A DNA stretch of 64,000 nucleotides from Patescibacteria group bacterium (GCA_038063735.1 JBBTUN010000004.1:12111-76110), one strand, 5' to 3'; numbered from the stretch's first letter, positions 39,976 through 53,142 are shown. The notes: generated by a model not told the origin, from the sequence alone. Numbers and translations: made by a program.

Positions 39976-40066
39976 TGAATAGAGAGGACAGGCTCTTTAA
40001 AATTTAGTTTAGAAAATTTGCAGACTGGGCGGGAGGTCCTGTCCTAATTCACTCTCGCCCACCTGC
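39976..40066 (+). other. predicted intergenic RNA pseudoknot
   Basis: AGGACAGG (39985-92) pairs with CCTGTCCT (40038-45); TGGGCGGGAG (40026-35) pairs with CTCTCGCCCA (40052-61); the stems are interleaved. Confidence 0.6.
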
Positions 40067-40073
40067 TCTTATA

Positions 40074-41435
40074 ATGGAAAAAACGTTTAAGTACTTTAAC
40101 TATTTTTTTGCGCTAATTTTGATTTGCGCCGCAATATTTTTGGCGTATATTGCCGTGCCCTATTTTGGCAACAAAGCACTAATTGTCAAAACCGGTAGTA
40201 TGTCGCCAAAAATTAAAGCCGGCGATCTGGTTATCATCAACGCACAAAAAATACTGCTTACCCCTGCACCCATACCGCTTGCGACATACCACACAGGAGA
40301 CGTCATTGCATTCAAAGACCTAAATAATCCAAATGTACTCATTACTCACAGGATAATAAAAAGCGAGGTAAAAAATAGTGAAGTGTATTTCCAAACAAAG
40401 GGAGATGCCAACAACTCTCCGGATACGGCGCTTGTACCCCAGAAAAATATTATCGGGAAATCTACCTTTACAATTCCGCAATTAGGAAAACTTTTTGCAT
40501 TTGCCAAGACAAAGCAAGGGTTTGCGCTTTTGGTACTTATACCGGCAGTATTGGTAATTCTTATAGAGGTCACAACCCTTATAAAAGAATCAATAAAGAT
40601 ACAGCGTGCCAGAAGAATGCTACAGCAAGACCCTGATGAAAATGTTGAAAAAAGAGAATTACTTGGCCCCATTGGCCTGAGGATATTAATGCCCTTTGTT
40701 GTCGGTTTAATGTTTTTCCACAACACCTACGCATTTTTCTCAGATTCAGCATCTTCTATCAACAATACCTTTACAGCAGCCTCCACCTTTCCATCCCCAA
40801 GCCCAAGTGGCGAAGCAACTCCATCTGCAACCCCAGGTACATCACCTACCCCAACACCATCACCCACAAACATAGCAAATCACTTATTAATCAGCGAGGT
40901 TCAAATTACAGGCGGTCCAGAACACACGACAGAAGACTTCATTGAACTTTACAATCCGACATCGTCAAACATTAGTTTAAACGGATTTAAGCTGGTAAAC
41001 AGAACAACAGCAAGTTTAACTGATAACTCAATCAGAGTATTTACGACGCAAACTATTCCGGCTCATGGATATTTTCTATGGTGTAGTTCAACGAAAGCAA
41101 CCCTAATAACTTGCGATGATTCAACCACTGACACCCTAGCCAATGATGGAAGCGTAGCCATACGACAAGGAGAGCTGAATACTGGGACAATAATAGATGC
41201 TTTGAGTTGGGATTCTTCTGTAAGTTCACTAAAAGAAGGAACAGAATTCTTTCCTAATCCTGGTGCAAATCAGAGCTTGGAAAGAAAAGCCTTCTTGACA
41301 TCAGATGCCGCTTCTATGGCTGGAGCAGACCTCACGAAGGGAAATGGATTTGATACAGACAATAACTCAACCGACTTTATTCTCAAGATCTCATCCGAAC
41401 CACAAAATTCAACAAGTTCAACAGAAACGCCGTGA
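40074..41435 (+). CDS. sipW: SipW-type signal peptidase I fused to an internal SipW signal peptide, P/T linker and lamin-tail domain
   Basis: TGSMSP, ITHRI, TKGDANNSPD; then TM-HNTYA|FFSDSASSINNTFTAA; HLLISEVQ...EDFIELYNPT. Confidence 0.85.
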   Translation: MEKTFKYFNYFFALILICAAIFLAYIAVPYFGNKALIVKTGSMSPKIKAGDLVIINAQKILLTPAPIPLATYHTGDVIAFKDLNNPNVLITHRIIKSEVKNSEVYFQTKGDANNSPDTALVPQKNIIGKSTFTIPQLGKLFAFAKTKQGFALLVLIPAVLVILIEVTTLIKESIKIQRARRMLQQDPDENVEKRELLGPIGLRILMPFVVGLMFFHNTYAFFSDSASSINNTFTAASTFPSPSPSGEATPSATPGTSPTPTPSPTNIANHLLISEVQITGGPEHTTEDFIELYNPTSSNISLNGFKLVNRTTASLTDNSIRVFTTQTIPAHGYFLWCSSTKATLITCDDSTTDTLANDGSVAIRQGELNTGTIIDALSWDSSVSSLKEGTEFFPNPGANQSLERKAFLTSDAASMAGADLTKGNGFDTDNNSTDFILKISSEPQNSTSSTETP

Positions 41436-42481
41436 AACACATAAAATCTAAATTATTTAAAATACTTGCCATAAACCTCTCACTTATTTTGGCAATCAGC
41501 TTTATCGCACCAAAAGCTTTCGATTCGTCAACTGTTCTGGCAATTGGAGATCTTGCAGTCGACTGGGGCGTGCCGGAAGGCAACCCGATATTTACGATCA
41601 CTAATATGGCTCCCGGTCAAACAGAAACAAGAACGGTAAGCGTTACCAACACAGGTTCCGGTATTCGTCCGGTCGGTATCCGTGGAGTCAAAACTTCCGA
41701 AGCAGGCAACATTTCTACTGTTCTTAATATAACCATCAGCCTGGGCGCCACAGACCTTTACGGTGGTACAAGTCCAACCGGCCCCAAAACTCTAGCAAAC
41801 TTCTTCACAGAATCTGCGGGCATTAACGGCATATTTTTATCCAACATCAACTCCGGGCAAACTGTAAATTATATTGTCAAAGTAAATTTCCAAAATTCCG
41901 CAGGCAACGAATTCCAAAATTCACAAGTGATTTTTGATCTTATTATTGGCATTAGCATAGACCTGCCGCAAGAATGCGAAGCAATGCAATTTTCTGGTAG
42001 TCCAATATTTGGCACGTCACAAGGTGACAGCTTAAAGGGCACACCGAATAACGATCTAATAATTGGTTTTGAGGGTGGCGACTCAATCGACGGCAAAGGG
42101 GGAGACGATTGTATCCTTGGAGGCATTGGTGGTGACTCCTTGAAAGGTGGAGAAGGAAATGATTTTGTATTTGGCAACGAGGATCACGACAGCCTCAAAG
42201 GCGGAAGCGGGGTCGATTTATTAGTAGGCGGAGCCGGTCATGATTCTATATACGGAGAAGGCGGTAGTGATAAATTAGTTGGAGAAGACGGCGATGATTC
42301 TCTTCACGGTGGTGGCGGGGACGACGAACTACAAGGAGGGGACGGAAAAGATAGCCTCAAGGGTGGGGGACAAAACGACACATTAATTGGTGGTGCCGGC
42401 TCCTTTGATAGTGCAAACGGTGAAGGCGGTACGGACGTATGCGTTGCTGAATCCGAAAAAAACTGTGAGCTTGACCCCTAA
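41432..42481 (+). CDS. TasA-like domain + RTX/hemolysin-type Ca-binding repeats
   Basis: signal peptide; FTITNMAPGQ...VTNTG, AGNEFQ; more than 10 GGxGxDxLx nonapeptides. Confidence 0.8.
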   Translation: MKHIKSKLFKILAINLSLILAISFIAPKAFDSSTVLAIGDLAVDWGVPEGNPIFTITNMAPGQTETRTVSVTNTGSGIRPVGIRGVKTSEAGNISTVLNITISLGATDLYGGTSPTGPKTLANFFTESAGINGIFLSNINSGQTVNYIVKVNFQNSAGNEFQNSQVIFDLIIGISIDLPQECEAMQFSGSPIFGTSQGDSLKGTPNNDLIIGFEGGDSIDGKGGDDCILGGIGGDSLKGGEGNDFVFGNEDHDSLKGGSGVDLLVGGAGHDSIYGEGGSDKLVGEDGDDSLHGGGGDDELQGGDGKDSLKGGGQNDTLIGGAGSFDSANGEGGTDVCVAESEKNCELDP

Positions 42482-42536
42482 AAACTACACCCGCAAAAAT
42501 GACACTTGTACGCTGCGTATACTATAATTACAAGGT

Positions 42537-43289
42537 ATGAAGGGTGTTATTCTCGCCGGTGGTCTAGGTACTAGATTATATCCTCTCACGCACGCAACCA
42601 ATAAGCACTTACTCCCCGTTTTTGATCAGCCTATGATCTATTATCCAATTCAAACATTAACGCAAGCCGGAATCCAAGATATCCTAATTGTTGTTGGGGG
42701 ACCGCACGCCGGCGATTTTATTAGAGTACTTCAAAATGGCAAGGAATTTGGTATCAAGCATCTAGAGTATGCCTACCAAAATTCCGGAGACGGAGGTATT
42801 GCAGACGCTTTAAAATTGGCAGAAAGTTTTGCGGACAAAGACGCAATAGCAGTTATTTTAGGTGACAATTGCACAGACACAGATATTTCCATCGAAGTTA
42901 AAAACTTTAAAGAGGGCGCAGTAATTTTTCTCAAAGAAGTAGACGATCCTGCAAGATTTGGCATAGCACAGCTAGATAAAAACGATAACACAAAAGTAAT
43001 TGGTATAGAAGAAAAACCTCAGCAGCCCAAAAGCAATTTAGCCGTAACAGGAGTCTATATTTACGATAATAAAGTTTTTGACTACTGCAACCAAATAAAA
43101 CCGTCATCTCGTGGCCAGCTTGAGATAACCGATGTTAATAACATTTACATCCAAAAGGGAAAGCTGAGATGGGCTTCGCTTTCTGGTTTTTGGTCAGATG
43201 CCGGAACATTCGAAAGTCTTTACAGAAGCAACGTGTTCTGGGCGCGCAAAATCTTAAAAGACAAAGAAAAGGAATTAACCACTTTTTAA
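42537..43289 (+). CDS. rfbA: glucose-1-phosphate thymidylyltransferase
   Basis: MKGVILAGGLGTRLYPLT, EKP, RGQLEITD, WSDAGT. Confidence 0.9.
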   Translation: MKGVILAGGLGTRLYPLTHATNKHLLPVFDQPMIYYPIQTLTQAGIQDILIVVGGPHAGDFIRVLQNGKEFGIKHLEYAYQNSGDGGIADALKLAESFADKDAIAVILGDNCTDTDISIEVKNFKEGAVIFLKEVDDPARFGIAQLDKNDNTKVIGIEEKPQQPKSNLAVTGVYIYDNKVFDYCNQIKPSSRGQLEITDVNNIYIQKGKLRWASLSGFWSDAGTFESLYRSNVFWARKILKDKEKELTTF

Positions 43290-43304
43290 CACAATTAATT
43301 AATT

Positions 43305-44318
43305 ATGACCAAAGTTTTAGTAACAGGTGGCGCCGGATTTATCGGCTCAAATTTCATCCGTTATTACATTAAAAAACATCCAAACCACGAAGTAATCAAT
43401 TTCGATAAGTTAACATACGCTGGGAATTTAGAAAACTTAAAAGATATCGATGGATTGCCAAATTATAAATTCACTAGAGGTGATATTGCCAATATTCACG
43501 ACGTCAAAGAAGCAATGCGCCAAGTAGACATTGTAGTAAATTTTGCGGCCGAATCTCATGTTGATAGATCGATTCTTGACCCGGCACCCTTTGTTATAAC
43601 AAATATTTTAGGCACTCAAGTTTTACTGGATGCGGCAAGGCACGTTGGCGTAAAAAGATTCCACCATGTCTCCACTGACGAAGTTTTTGGAGCATTAAAA
43701 TTATCTTCAAAAGAAAAATTTAAAGAAGATTCAAACTATCAACCGAACAGTCCCTACGCAGCATCAAAAGCATCATCTGACCATTTAGTTAGAGCCTACT
43801 GGGAAACATACAAGCTGCCGATAACAATAAGTAACTGTTCAAATAACTTTGGCCCATTTCAACACCCGGAAAAATTAATTTCGCTGGCAATAACTAACCT
43901 GCTGGAGGGAGAAAAGGTCCCTGTTTATGGGGATGGTCAATATGTAAGAGACTGGTTATATGTAGAAGACCATGTTGCAGCAATTGATCTAATCCTGCAA
44001 AAAGGAATAAGTGGCGAAACTTACTGCATTGGTGCAAACAATGACATACCAAATATCAAAATTATTAAAAAAATTCTTAAGATTTTAGGATTGAAAGAGG
44101 ACAGGATCGAATATGTCACTGACAGACCTGGTCATGATAGAAGGTATGCAATAAATGCTGCTAAGATTAAAAGAGAGCTCAAATGGAAGTCTCTATTTCC
44201 TTTTGACGAGGCATTAAAGCTTACCATTATGTGGTATCAAGACCATCTAGCATGGTGGAAAAGTCAAAAAGGAAAAGAATTTCAAGACTATTATCAGCTC
44301 CAGTATGTAAAAAGATGA
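43305..44318 (+). CDS. rfbB: dTDP-glucose 4,6-dehydratase
   Basis: DKLTYAGN, AAESHVDRSI, STDEV, RPGHDRRY. Confidence 0.95.
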   Translation: MTKVLVTGGAGFIGSNFIRYYIKKHPNHEVINFDKLTYAGNLENLKDIDGLPNYKFTRGDIANIHDVKEAMRQVDIVVNFAAESHVDRSILDPAPFVITNILGTQVLLDAARHVGVKRFHHVSTDEVFGALKLSSKEKFKEDSNYQPNSPYAASKASSDHLVRAYWETYKLPITISNCSNNFGPFQHPEKLISLAITNLLEGEKVPVYGDGQYVRDWLYVEDHVAAIDLILQKGISGETYCIGANNDIPNIKIIKKILKILGLKEDRIEYVTDRPGHDRRYAINAAKIKRELKWKSLFPFDEALKLTIMWYQDHLAWWKSQKGKEFQDYYQLQYVKR

Positions 44319-44833
44319 ATTACAGTTATTTAAATCTAGAGTCAACTCAGGGAAAAATTGATGGAGTTATCCTGAGAAAACTTGTTGTGCACAAAGACCC
44401 AACCGGCTCACTTGTAGAAACTTTAAGAGAGGATTGGCAGGACGTTTTCAACCCGACTAGCCCATTTAAAATGCAATACATGTCCATTACACCCTCAAAA
44501 GTTGCCAGAGATGAAGATAAATGGCACGTCCACAAGCATCAAAAAGACAGGTTTATATGTGCCTCAGGTAAAATAGTTACGGCTGTTTTCGATCCTCGGG
44601 AAAACTCTCCAACCAATGGTAAGTTAAATTTATTTACAATGGGTCCAAATAATGAGGAGGAAATGTATATGATTGTAATCCCCCAAGAGACATATCATGG
44701 CTTTATGGTTGTTTCTACTGAGCCCGGTTATCTCTTAAATTTTCCGACTCAGCTATACAACTCTAGCGATGAAGGCCGAATAGAAAATAAAGGTGAGTTA
44801 AATTGGCAGAAAGTTAGGGAAGATTTTGGGTAA
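44315..44833 (+). CDS. rfbC: dTDP-4-dehydrorhamnose 3,5-epimerase family cupin
   Basis: IDGVIL, D.TGSLVE, WHVH, IPQETYHGF; ATG overlaps the rfbB stop. Confidence 0.75.
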   Translation: MNYSYLNLESTQGKIDGVILRKLVVHKDPTGSLVETLREDWQDVFNPTSPFKMQYMSITPSKVARDEDKWHVHKHQKDRFICASGKIVTAVFDPRENSPTNGKLNLFTMGPNNEEEMYMIVIPQETYHGFMVVSTEPGYLLNFPTQLYNSSDEGRIENKGELNWQKVREDFG

Positions 44834-45737
44834 TAGTTCAACTAAACTGGCAGTAATTGGTGCAAGCTCCATGGTAGGCTCGCGGTTTTGTGAGCAGCAG
44901 AATAAATTTCCACTTGTTAAAGCTGATTTAAATGGGGAGATTAGCGTCGACTTAACAAAACCGGATTCGCTGGAAGATTTTTTTAAGAAATATGAGTTTG
45001 GGGCGATAATTCTGTTTTCCGCATTTACAGATGTAGACGCGGCAGAAAAAGAAAGAAACAATAAAAATGGTATTGCCTGGAAAATAAACGTAAAAGGGGT
45101 TGAGGAAATTACCCGTCTTTGTAAAGAATACTCGAGAAAACTCATTTTTATTTCTACAGATTTTGTATTTGATGGCGAAAGCGGACCATACGCCGAAGAT
45201 GACGGGATTGGCAAGAATTTAGAAAAAATATCATGGTATGGAATAACAAAGATAAACGCCGAGCAAAAAATTAAAGAATTGACGACTAACTATTTAATAG
45301 TAAGGATAGCCTATCCGTACCGGTCCAGATTTCTCGAAAAAGACGATTTTGCAAAACAAATATTAAAAAAATTTAACGAAGGCACACTCTACCCCATGTT
45401 TACGGATCAAATAATTACACCCACATACATCGACGATATTGAACCGGCAATAAATTTGCTTCTTGAAAAAAACTCTCAGGGAATCTTTCATGTCGCAAGC
45501 CCCACCCCAACAACGCCATTCGCATTTGCCGAAAATCTGCTTACAAAGTTCGGTAAGGACAGTAAGCTCTTAAAAGAAGGGTCGCTCGTTGATCTTTTAA
45601 AAAACAATACTGTTACTCCAAGGCCGGTAAGCGGAGGACTACTGGTTGATAAAATATCCAACTTGGGTATAACACTTGCATCTTGGCAAGATGGGATTAC
45701 TAAAATTTTCGAAGATAGCCAAGGCCAATTGATTTGA
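44826..45737 (+). CDS. rfbD: dTDP-4-dehydrorhamnose reductase
   Basis: AFTDVDAAE, ISTDFVFDG, YGITK, DQIITPT. Confidence 0.88.
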   Translation: MGNSSTKLAVIGASSMVGSRFCEQQNKFPLVKADLNGEISVDLTKPDSLEDFFKKYEFGAIILFSAFTDVDAAEKERNNKNGIAWKINVKGVEEITRLCKEYSRKLIFISTDFVFDGESGPYAEDDGIGKNLEKISWYGITKINAEQKIKELTTNYLIVRIAYPYRSRFLEKDDFAKQILKKFNEGTLYPMFTDQIITPTYIDDIEPAINLLLEKNSQGIFHVASPTPTTPFAFAENLLTKFGKDSKLLKEGSLVDLLKNNTVTPRPVSGGLLVDKISNLGITLASWQDGITKIFEDSQGQLI

Positions 45738-45775
45738 AAGTATTTTTTTAGCTAAAATAAAACACCACATTTAAT

Positions 45776-47076
45776 ATGACCATAACAATAATAGGAGCAG
45801 GATATGTAGGCTTAGTAACCGCGATACTGTTTGCCGAACTTGGTAACGAGGTGTTTTGCGTTGATATTTCCAAGGAAAGGATCTCGGGACTAAAAAAGGG
45901 TGAAATACCTTTTTTTGAACCCGGACTATCCGAATACATAATTCGAAATAATAAAGAAGGACGTCTTAAATTTACGACAAGTTACAATGAATGTGTCCCA
46001 AAGTCCGATGTTGTTTTTATCTGCGTAGGTACTCCTCCCGGAAAAAATGGTGAAGCTGATTTAACCTATCTTTTCTCGGCGATAGAGGAAACTGCCAGGA
46101 ACCTAAAAGGATACACGCTCATTGTTATTAAAAGTACATTTCCGATTGGCTTTGAGAATGATTTTGAAGAGACAGTCAAAAAGCATGCAAAGGACAAATT
46201 CGAATTCGCAGCATCCCCCGAGTTTCTAAAAGAAGGCACAGCCCTAGAAGATGCATTTCATCCGGACAGAATAGTCATAGGGACAAACAGTCAAAGAGCA
46301 CAAAAATTACTGCTGGAGCTTCACGGTGCCCTGCCAGGTGAAAGAATAATTTGCGATATGCGCTCTGCACAGCTAATTAAATATGCTTCAAATTCATTTC
46401 TTGCAACTAAAATATCTTTCGCCAACGCCCTATCTGTCATTTGCGAAAAAACAGGTGCCGATGTAGAAAAGGTACTTCAGGGTGTTGGGGCAGATAAACG
46501 CATTAATCACGCCTTTTTAAAACCCGGTATTGGTTATGGCGGGTCTTGCTTGCCCAAGGACGTACTGGCATTTATCCACCAGGCAAGCACTTTCGATTAC
46601 AGTTTTGACCTTTTGAGGTCTGTCGATTCAATAAACACAACGCAAATTGATAGATTCATACAAAAAATAAGAGCGGCTCTCAGTGCCCAGGAAGATAAAA
46701 AAGCAAATCTGCAAAATTTCAAAATTGCGATTTTAGGCCTTGCGTTTAAACCAAATACCGATGACATGCGGGATGCCCCGTCAATTAAAATTATTAACGC
46801 ACTTCTTGAATTAAAAGCGGATATAGTCGTATATGATCCGCAAGCAATGGAAAATGCTAAAAAAATTATTAATAATGTCACTTTTGCAAAAAGTATGGAA
46901 GAAGCCATAACTGGTTGTGATGCCATGGTGATAGTTACCGATTGGCCGCAATTTTCCGAACTTGACCTAAGCGAAGTAAAAAAATTACTCAGGAAACCAA
47001 TAATTGTTGATGGACGAAATATTTACAGTAAATTCAAACTGGAAGAAATGGGATTTACCTATTTTAGTATTGGTAG

Positions 47077-47080
<4 letters not shown>
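45776..47080 (+). CDS. ugd: UDP-glucose 6-dehydrogenase
   Basis: GAGYVG, PEFLKEG, GYGGSCLPKD, AFKPNTDDMRDAP. Confidence 0.92.
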
Positions 47081-50230
<3,150 letters not shown>

Positions 50231-50249
50231 CCTTTTAGGCCATTTAAAA

Positions 50250-51755
50250 ATGTTTCTCACTACAAAAAGGTTTCAGCAAACGTTAATTATTATTTTAATT
50301 ATTACTGCGGTTTTTTTCCGTTTTTACAAAATTAGGGATCATGTTGTTTTTTTGGGAGACGAGGGACGTGACATGATAGTTCTTAGGAACATTTTTTTAG
50401 AGAAGCGATTACCTTTTTTAGGGCCGTCAGCGTCTGTGGGGGGATTTTATCTAGGACCAATTTATTACTGGATGGCGGCGCCATTTTTGCTCCTATCAAA
50501 ATTTGACCCTATAGGACCTTCGTATATGGTCGCATTGTTTGGTGTAGGTACAGTTCTATTACTTTATAAATTTTTAAAAGAAGCGGTTGGTTTTTGGCCA
50601 GCGGCTTTAGCAAGCCTACTTTACGCAACCGCTCCTTTAATTGTTCGATATTCACGCTCATCTTGGAACCCCAACCCACTGCCGTTTTTTTCTCTGCTTC
50701 TCATATATTTTATTTATAAGGGTATTAAAAGCCAGAAATATTTATTTTTCGTAGGAGCTGGTGCCTGCCTTGGTGTGGCTATTCAGCTTCATTATCTAGC
50801 TTTAGTATTGGCACCACTAGCATTTTTTATAATTCTTTTGAATGAAAAATTTAGAAGAATTCCAGCCATTGCCGCATTGGCATTTCTTGGTTTTTTAATA
50901 ACATTTTCCCCCTTTTTAATATTTGAGATCCGTCATAATTTTCCGAATTTTAGATCAATTTTAGAATTTGTAACAAGAGGTAACACTGTTGGGTACAGCA
51001 AACCAAATTTTATTTGGACGCTTACCGATAACGGGAATATTTTTTTCGAATGGATATCTCAAATAACTGGCACGGTATATACCAGAATTTTATTTTCCAT
51101 TTTAACAGTATCGCTGGCACTGGGAACAATTATTGCCTGGAAAAATAAGGATCATAAATTAATCTTTACCATTGGGGTAATTTACTTTATAGGGGGCATA
51201 TTTTTATTAAGGTCGTACGCTGGCCAGTTGTACGATTATTATTTAGGAAGCATTTTCCCTGCCCCATTTTTTGTTTTCGGGCTTACGGCATTTCTATTTT
51301 GGAAAAACTTGCCATTAAAAATAATAGTTACATCAGCTAGCATTTTAATATTGGGGGCATTTTTAAGTCAGGGGTTTTACACAAAAAAACCAAACATGTT
51401 AATTCTGCAGACCGAATCCATTGCAAATTTTATTATCGATAAAACTGATAATGCGTCTTACAATTTCGCCCTAATCTCAAACAGCAATTCGGATTATGCG
51501 TATAGGTACTTTTTAGATATAAAACATAAAAGCCCCAAAAAATTAGAAGAACTGGTTACGGATCAGTTGATAGTAATTTGTGAGTCGAAAGAGTGTTCAC
51601 CCCTGGGAAATCCCTTGTGGGAAATCGCAGGTTTTGGGCGGGCAGAGATAGATAGTGAGTGGGATCTAGATAAATATGGATTTAAGCTATACAAACTGGT
51701 CCACTTGCCAGGAGAACCAAGCCCTGCCGGGAAGCCAGTAGTAAAAGGTATTTAA
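50250..51755 (+). CDS. GT-C (ArnT/PMT-like) membrane glycosyltransferase
   Basis: FLGDEGRD, GGFYLGPIYYW, SRSSWNPN, PFLIFEIRHNF. Confidence 0.8.
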   Translation: MFLTTKRFQQTLIIILIITAVFFRFYKIRDHVVFLGDEGRDMIVLRNIFLEKRLPFLGPSASVGGFYLGPIYYWMAAPFLLLSKFDPIGPSYMVALFGVGTVLLLYKFLKEAVGFWPAALASLLYATAPLIVRYSRSSWNPNPLPFFSLLLIYFIYKGIKSQKYLFFVGAGACLGVAIQLHYLALVLAPLAFFIILLNEKFRRIPAIAALAFLGFLITFSPFLIFEIRHNFPNFRSILEFVTRGNTVGYSKPNFIWTLTDNGNIFFEWISQITGTVYTRILFSILTVSLALGTIIAWKNKDHKLIFTIGVIYFIGGIFLLRSYAGQLYDYYLGSIFPAPFFVFGLTAFLFWKNLPLKIIVTSASILILGAFLSQGFYTKKPNMLILQTESIANFIIDKTDNASYNFALISNSNSDYAYRYFLDIKHKSPKKLEELVTDQLIVICESKECSPLGNPLWEIAGFGRAEIDSEWDLDKYGFKLYKLVHLPGEPSPAGKPVVKGI

Positions 51756-51786
51756 AATAAAATTGTGCCGAAAAATGACATAAAGA

Positions 51787-53142
51787 ATGAAAAAAAGTTC
51801 TAAAATATTAAAAAAATTTCCAAGACGAGAGCTAAATCGAGAATAGCTTTAGAAAAACTTATTACTCCAAATAATCTTTTTATTACTGCAATTTTTTTGG
51901 TGGTTTCAGTCCTATTCTGGTATCTCAGGTTGGCAAACTTCGAAAATAATATGAATTTCATTTTAGACCAGCCAAGTCATATGTTCGCTGCAAAAGAAAT
52001 GGTAGATACGAGAAAAATACCATTAATAGGACCAGTGGACGGAACTAGAGTAGTGAATGGAAAATCTTATTTTATTGGATCACAGTATTATTATATTCTT
52101 GGTGTTTTAGGGTTAGCTCTGAAGTGGGACGTAGTTTCAATTACAAAATTTATTTTATTTTACTGGTCGATAACAGGACTAATAATGTTTTTTTGGATAG
52201 CCAAAAAATTGGATTTATGATCCGCGCTTTTTGCATACACGATATTTTCGTTAACGCATTACATGATCGTGTTTAACAAAATGATAATAAATCCAAATTT
52301 TTTACCGTTAATTTCAATACCGCTCTTGTATTTTTTTTTGGAAAGCAATTACAAAAAACAGGCAAATTTTCTGGCTTGCAACCGGAGTTTTCGCAGGCCT
52401 AATATTTAGCTTCCACTTTTCAGGGATACTGTGGTTTCTGTTAATAGCTTTGATTTGGGTTGTTAAGTTTATAAAGAAGAAAACAAAATTAATGTCAATA
52501 ATATTGTTTGCACTGGGTGTCATATTAGGAAATTTTCCCTATGTAATATTTGAGCTAAGACATAATTTTTATAACCTAAAAACTTTCCTGGAAAACGGTG
52601 CAAATCCCCACAATCTAACTTTTGCAACACCGTTTTATTACTACGGTTTTATGTCCATTTACCTCTGGGCTATTGCAATAATTTATTTCCAAGTCGGTAA
52701 GAAAATTTGTTACCAAAATAAAGTAATTATTTTGCTGGTCTCATTGTTACTAGTGGTTAAGGGTAATTTTCCCATCCCAGATCATGCTTTTGGCATGCCA
52801 TCTGGGTGGACTGTGGGTAAAGAAAAATTCGTGGCCGCCAAAATTTGCGAAGATAATAATAAGAAAAATTTTGAAGTTGCAAGCCTTATTTCGGGAGACT
52901 ACCGAGCAGAGGAGTTAAGATGGTGGACTCAGCTTTGCGGCTCAAAATCGTTGCCTTACGATGGGTATCCTATTGCTGACACCCTGTTTTTGATAGATCG
53001 CGGAGAAACTGCACGGGACATTCACCTACCTGCTTGGGAAATTGCCACAATGTATCCAAGAAAAGTTGAATATGCTATAAACTTGGACGATGACGTATGG
53101 TTTTACAAATTAACTCGAACAAGAGAGAATATAACTAACTAA
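51787..53142 (+). pseudogene. disrupted GT-C glycosyltransferase paralogue
   Basis: PLIGP...FIGSQYYY and PYVIFELRHNF motifs split by an in-frame TGA (52218-20), a frameshift at T9 (52331-39) and a probable 5' frameshift near 51801. Confidence 0.8.

Noticed and set aside
42010-42440. Periodic G-rich DNA as a CRISPR array or tandem repeat element
   Set aside because: Explained by protein-level RTX nonapeptide repeats; no constant repeat-spacer structure and no cas genes
52218-52220. In-frame TGA as evidence of stop-codon reassignment (code 25/4)
   Set aside because: TGA ends intact genes here (greA, serS, ftsX), RF2 is present, and the same gene has additional frameshifts
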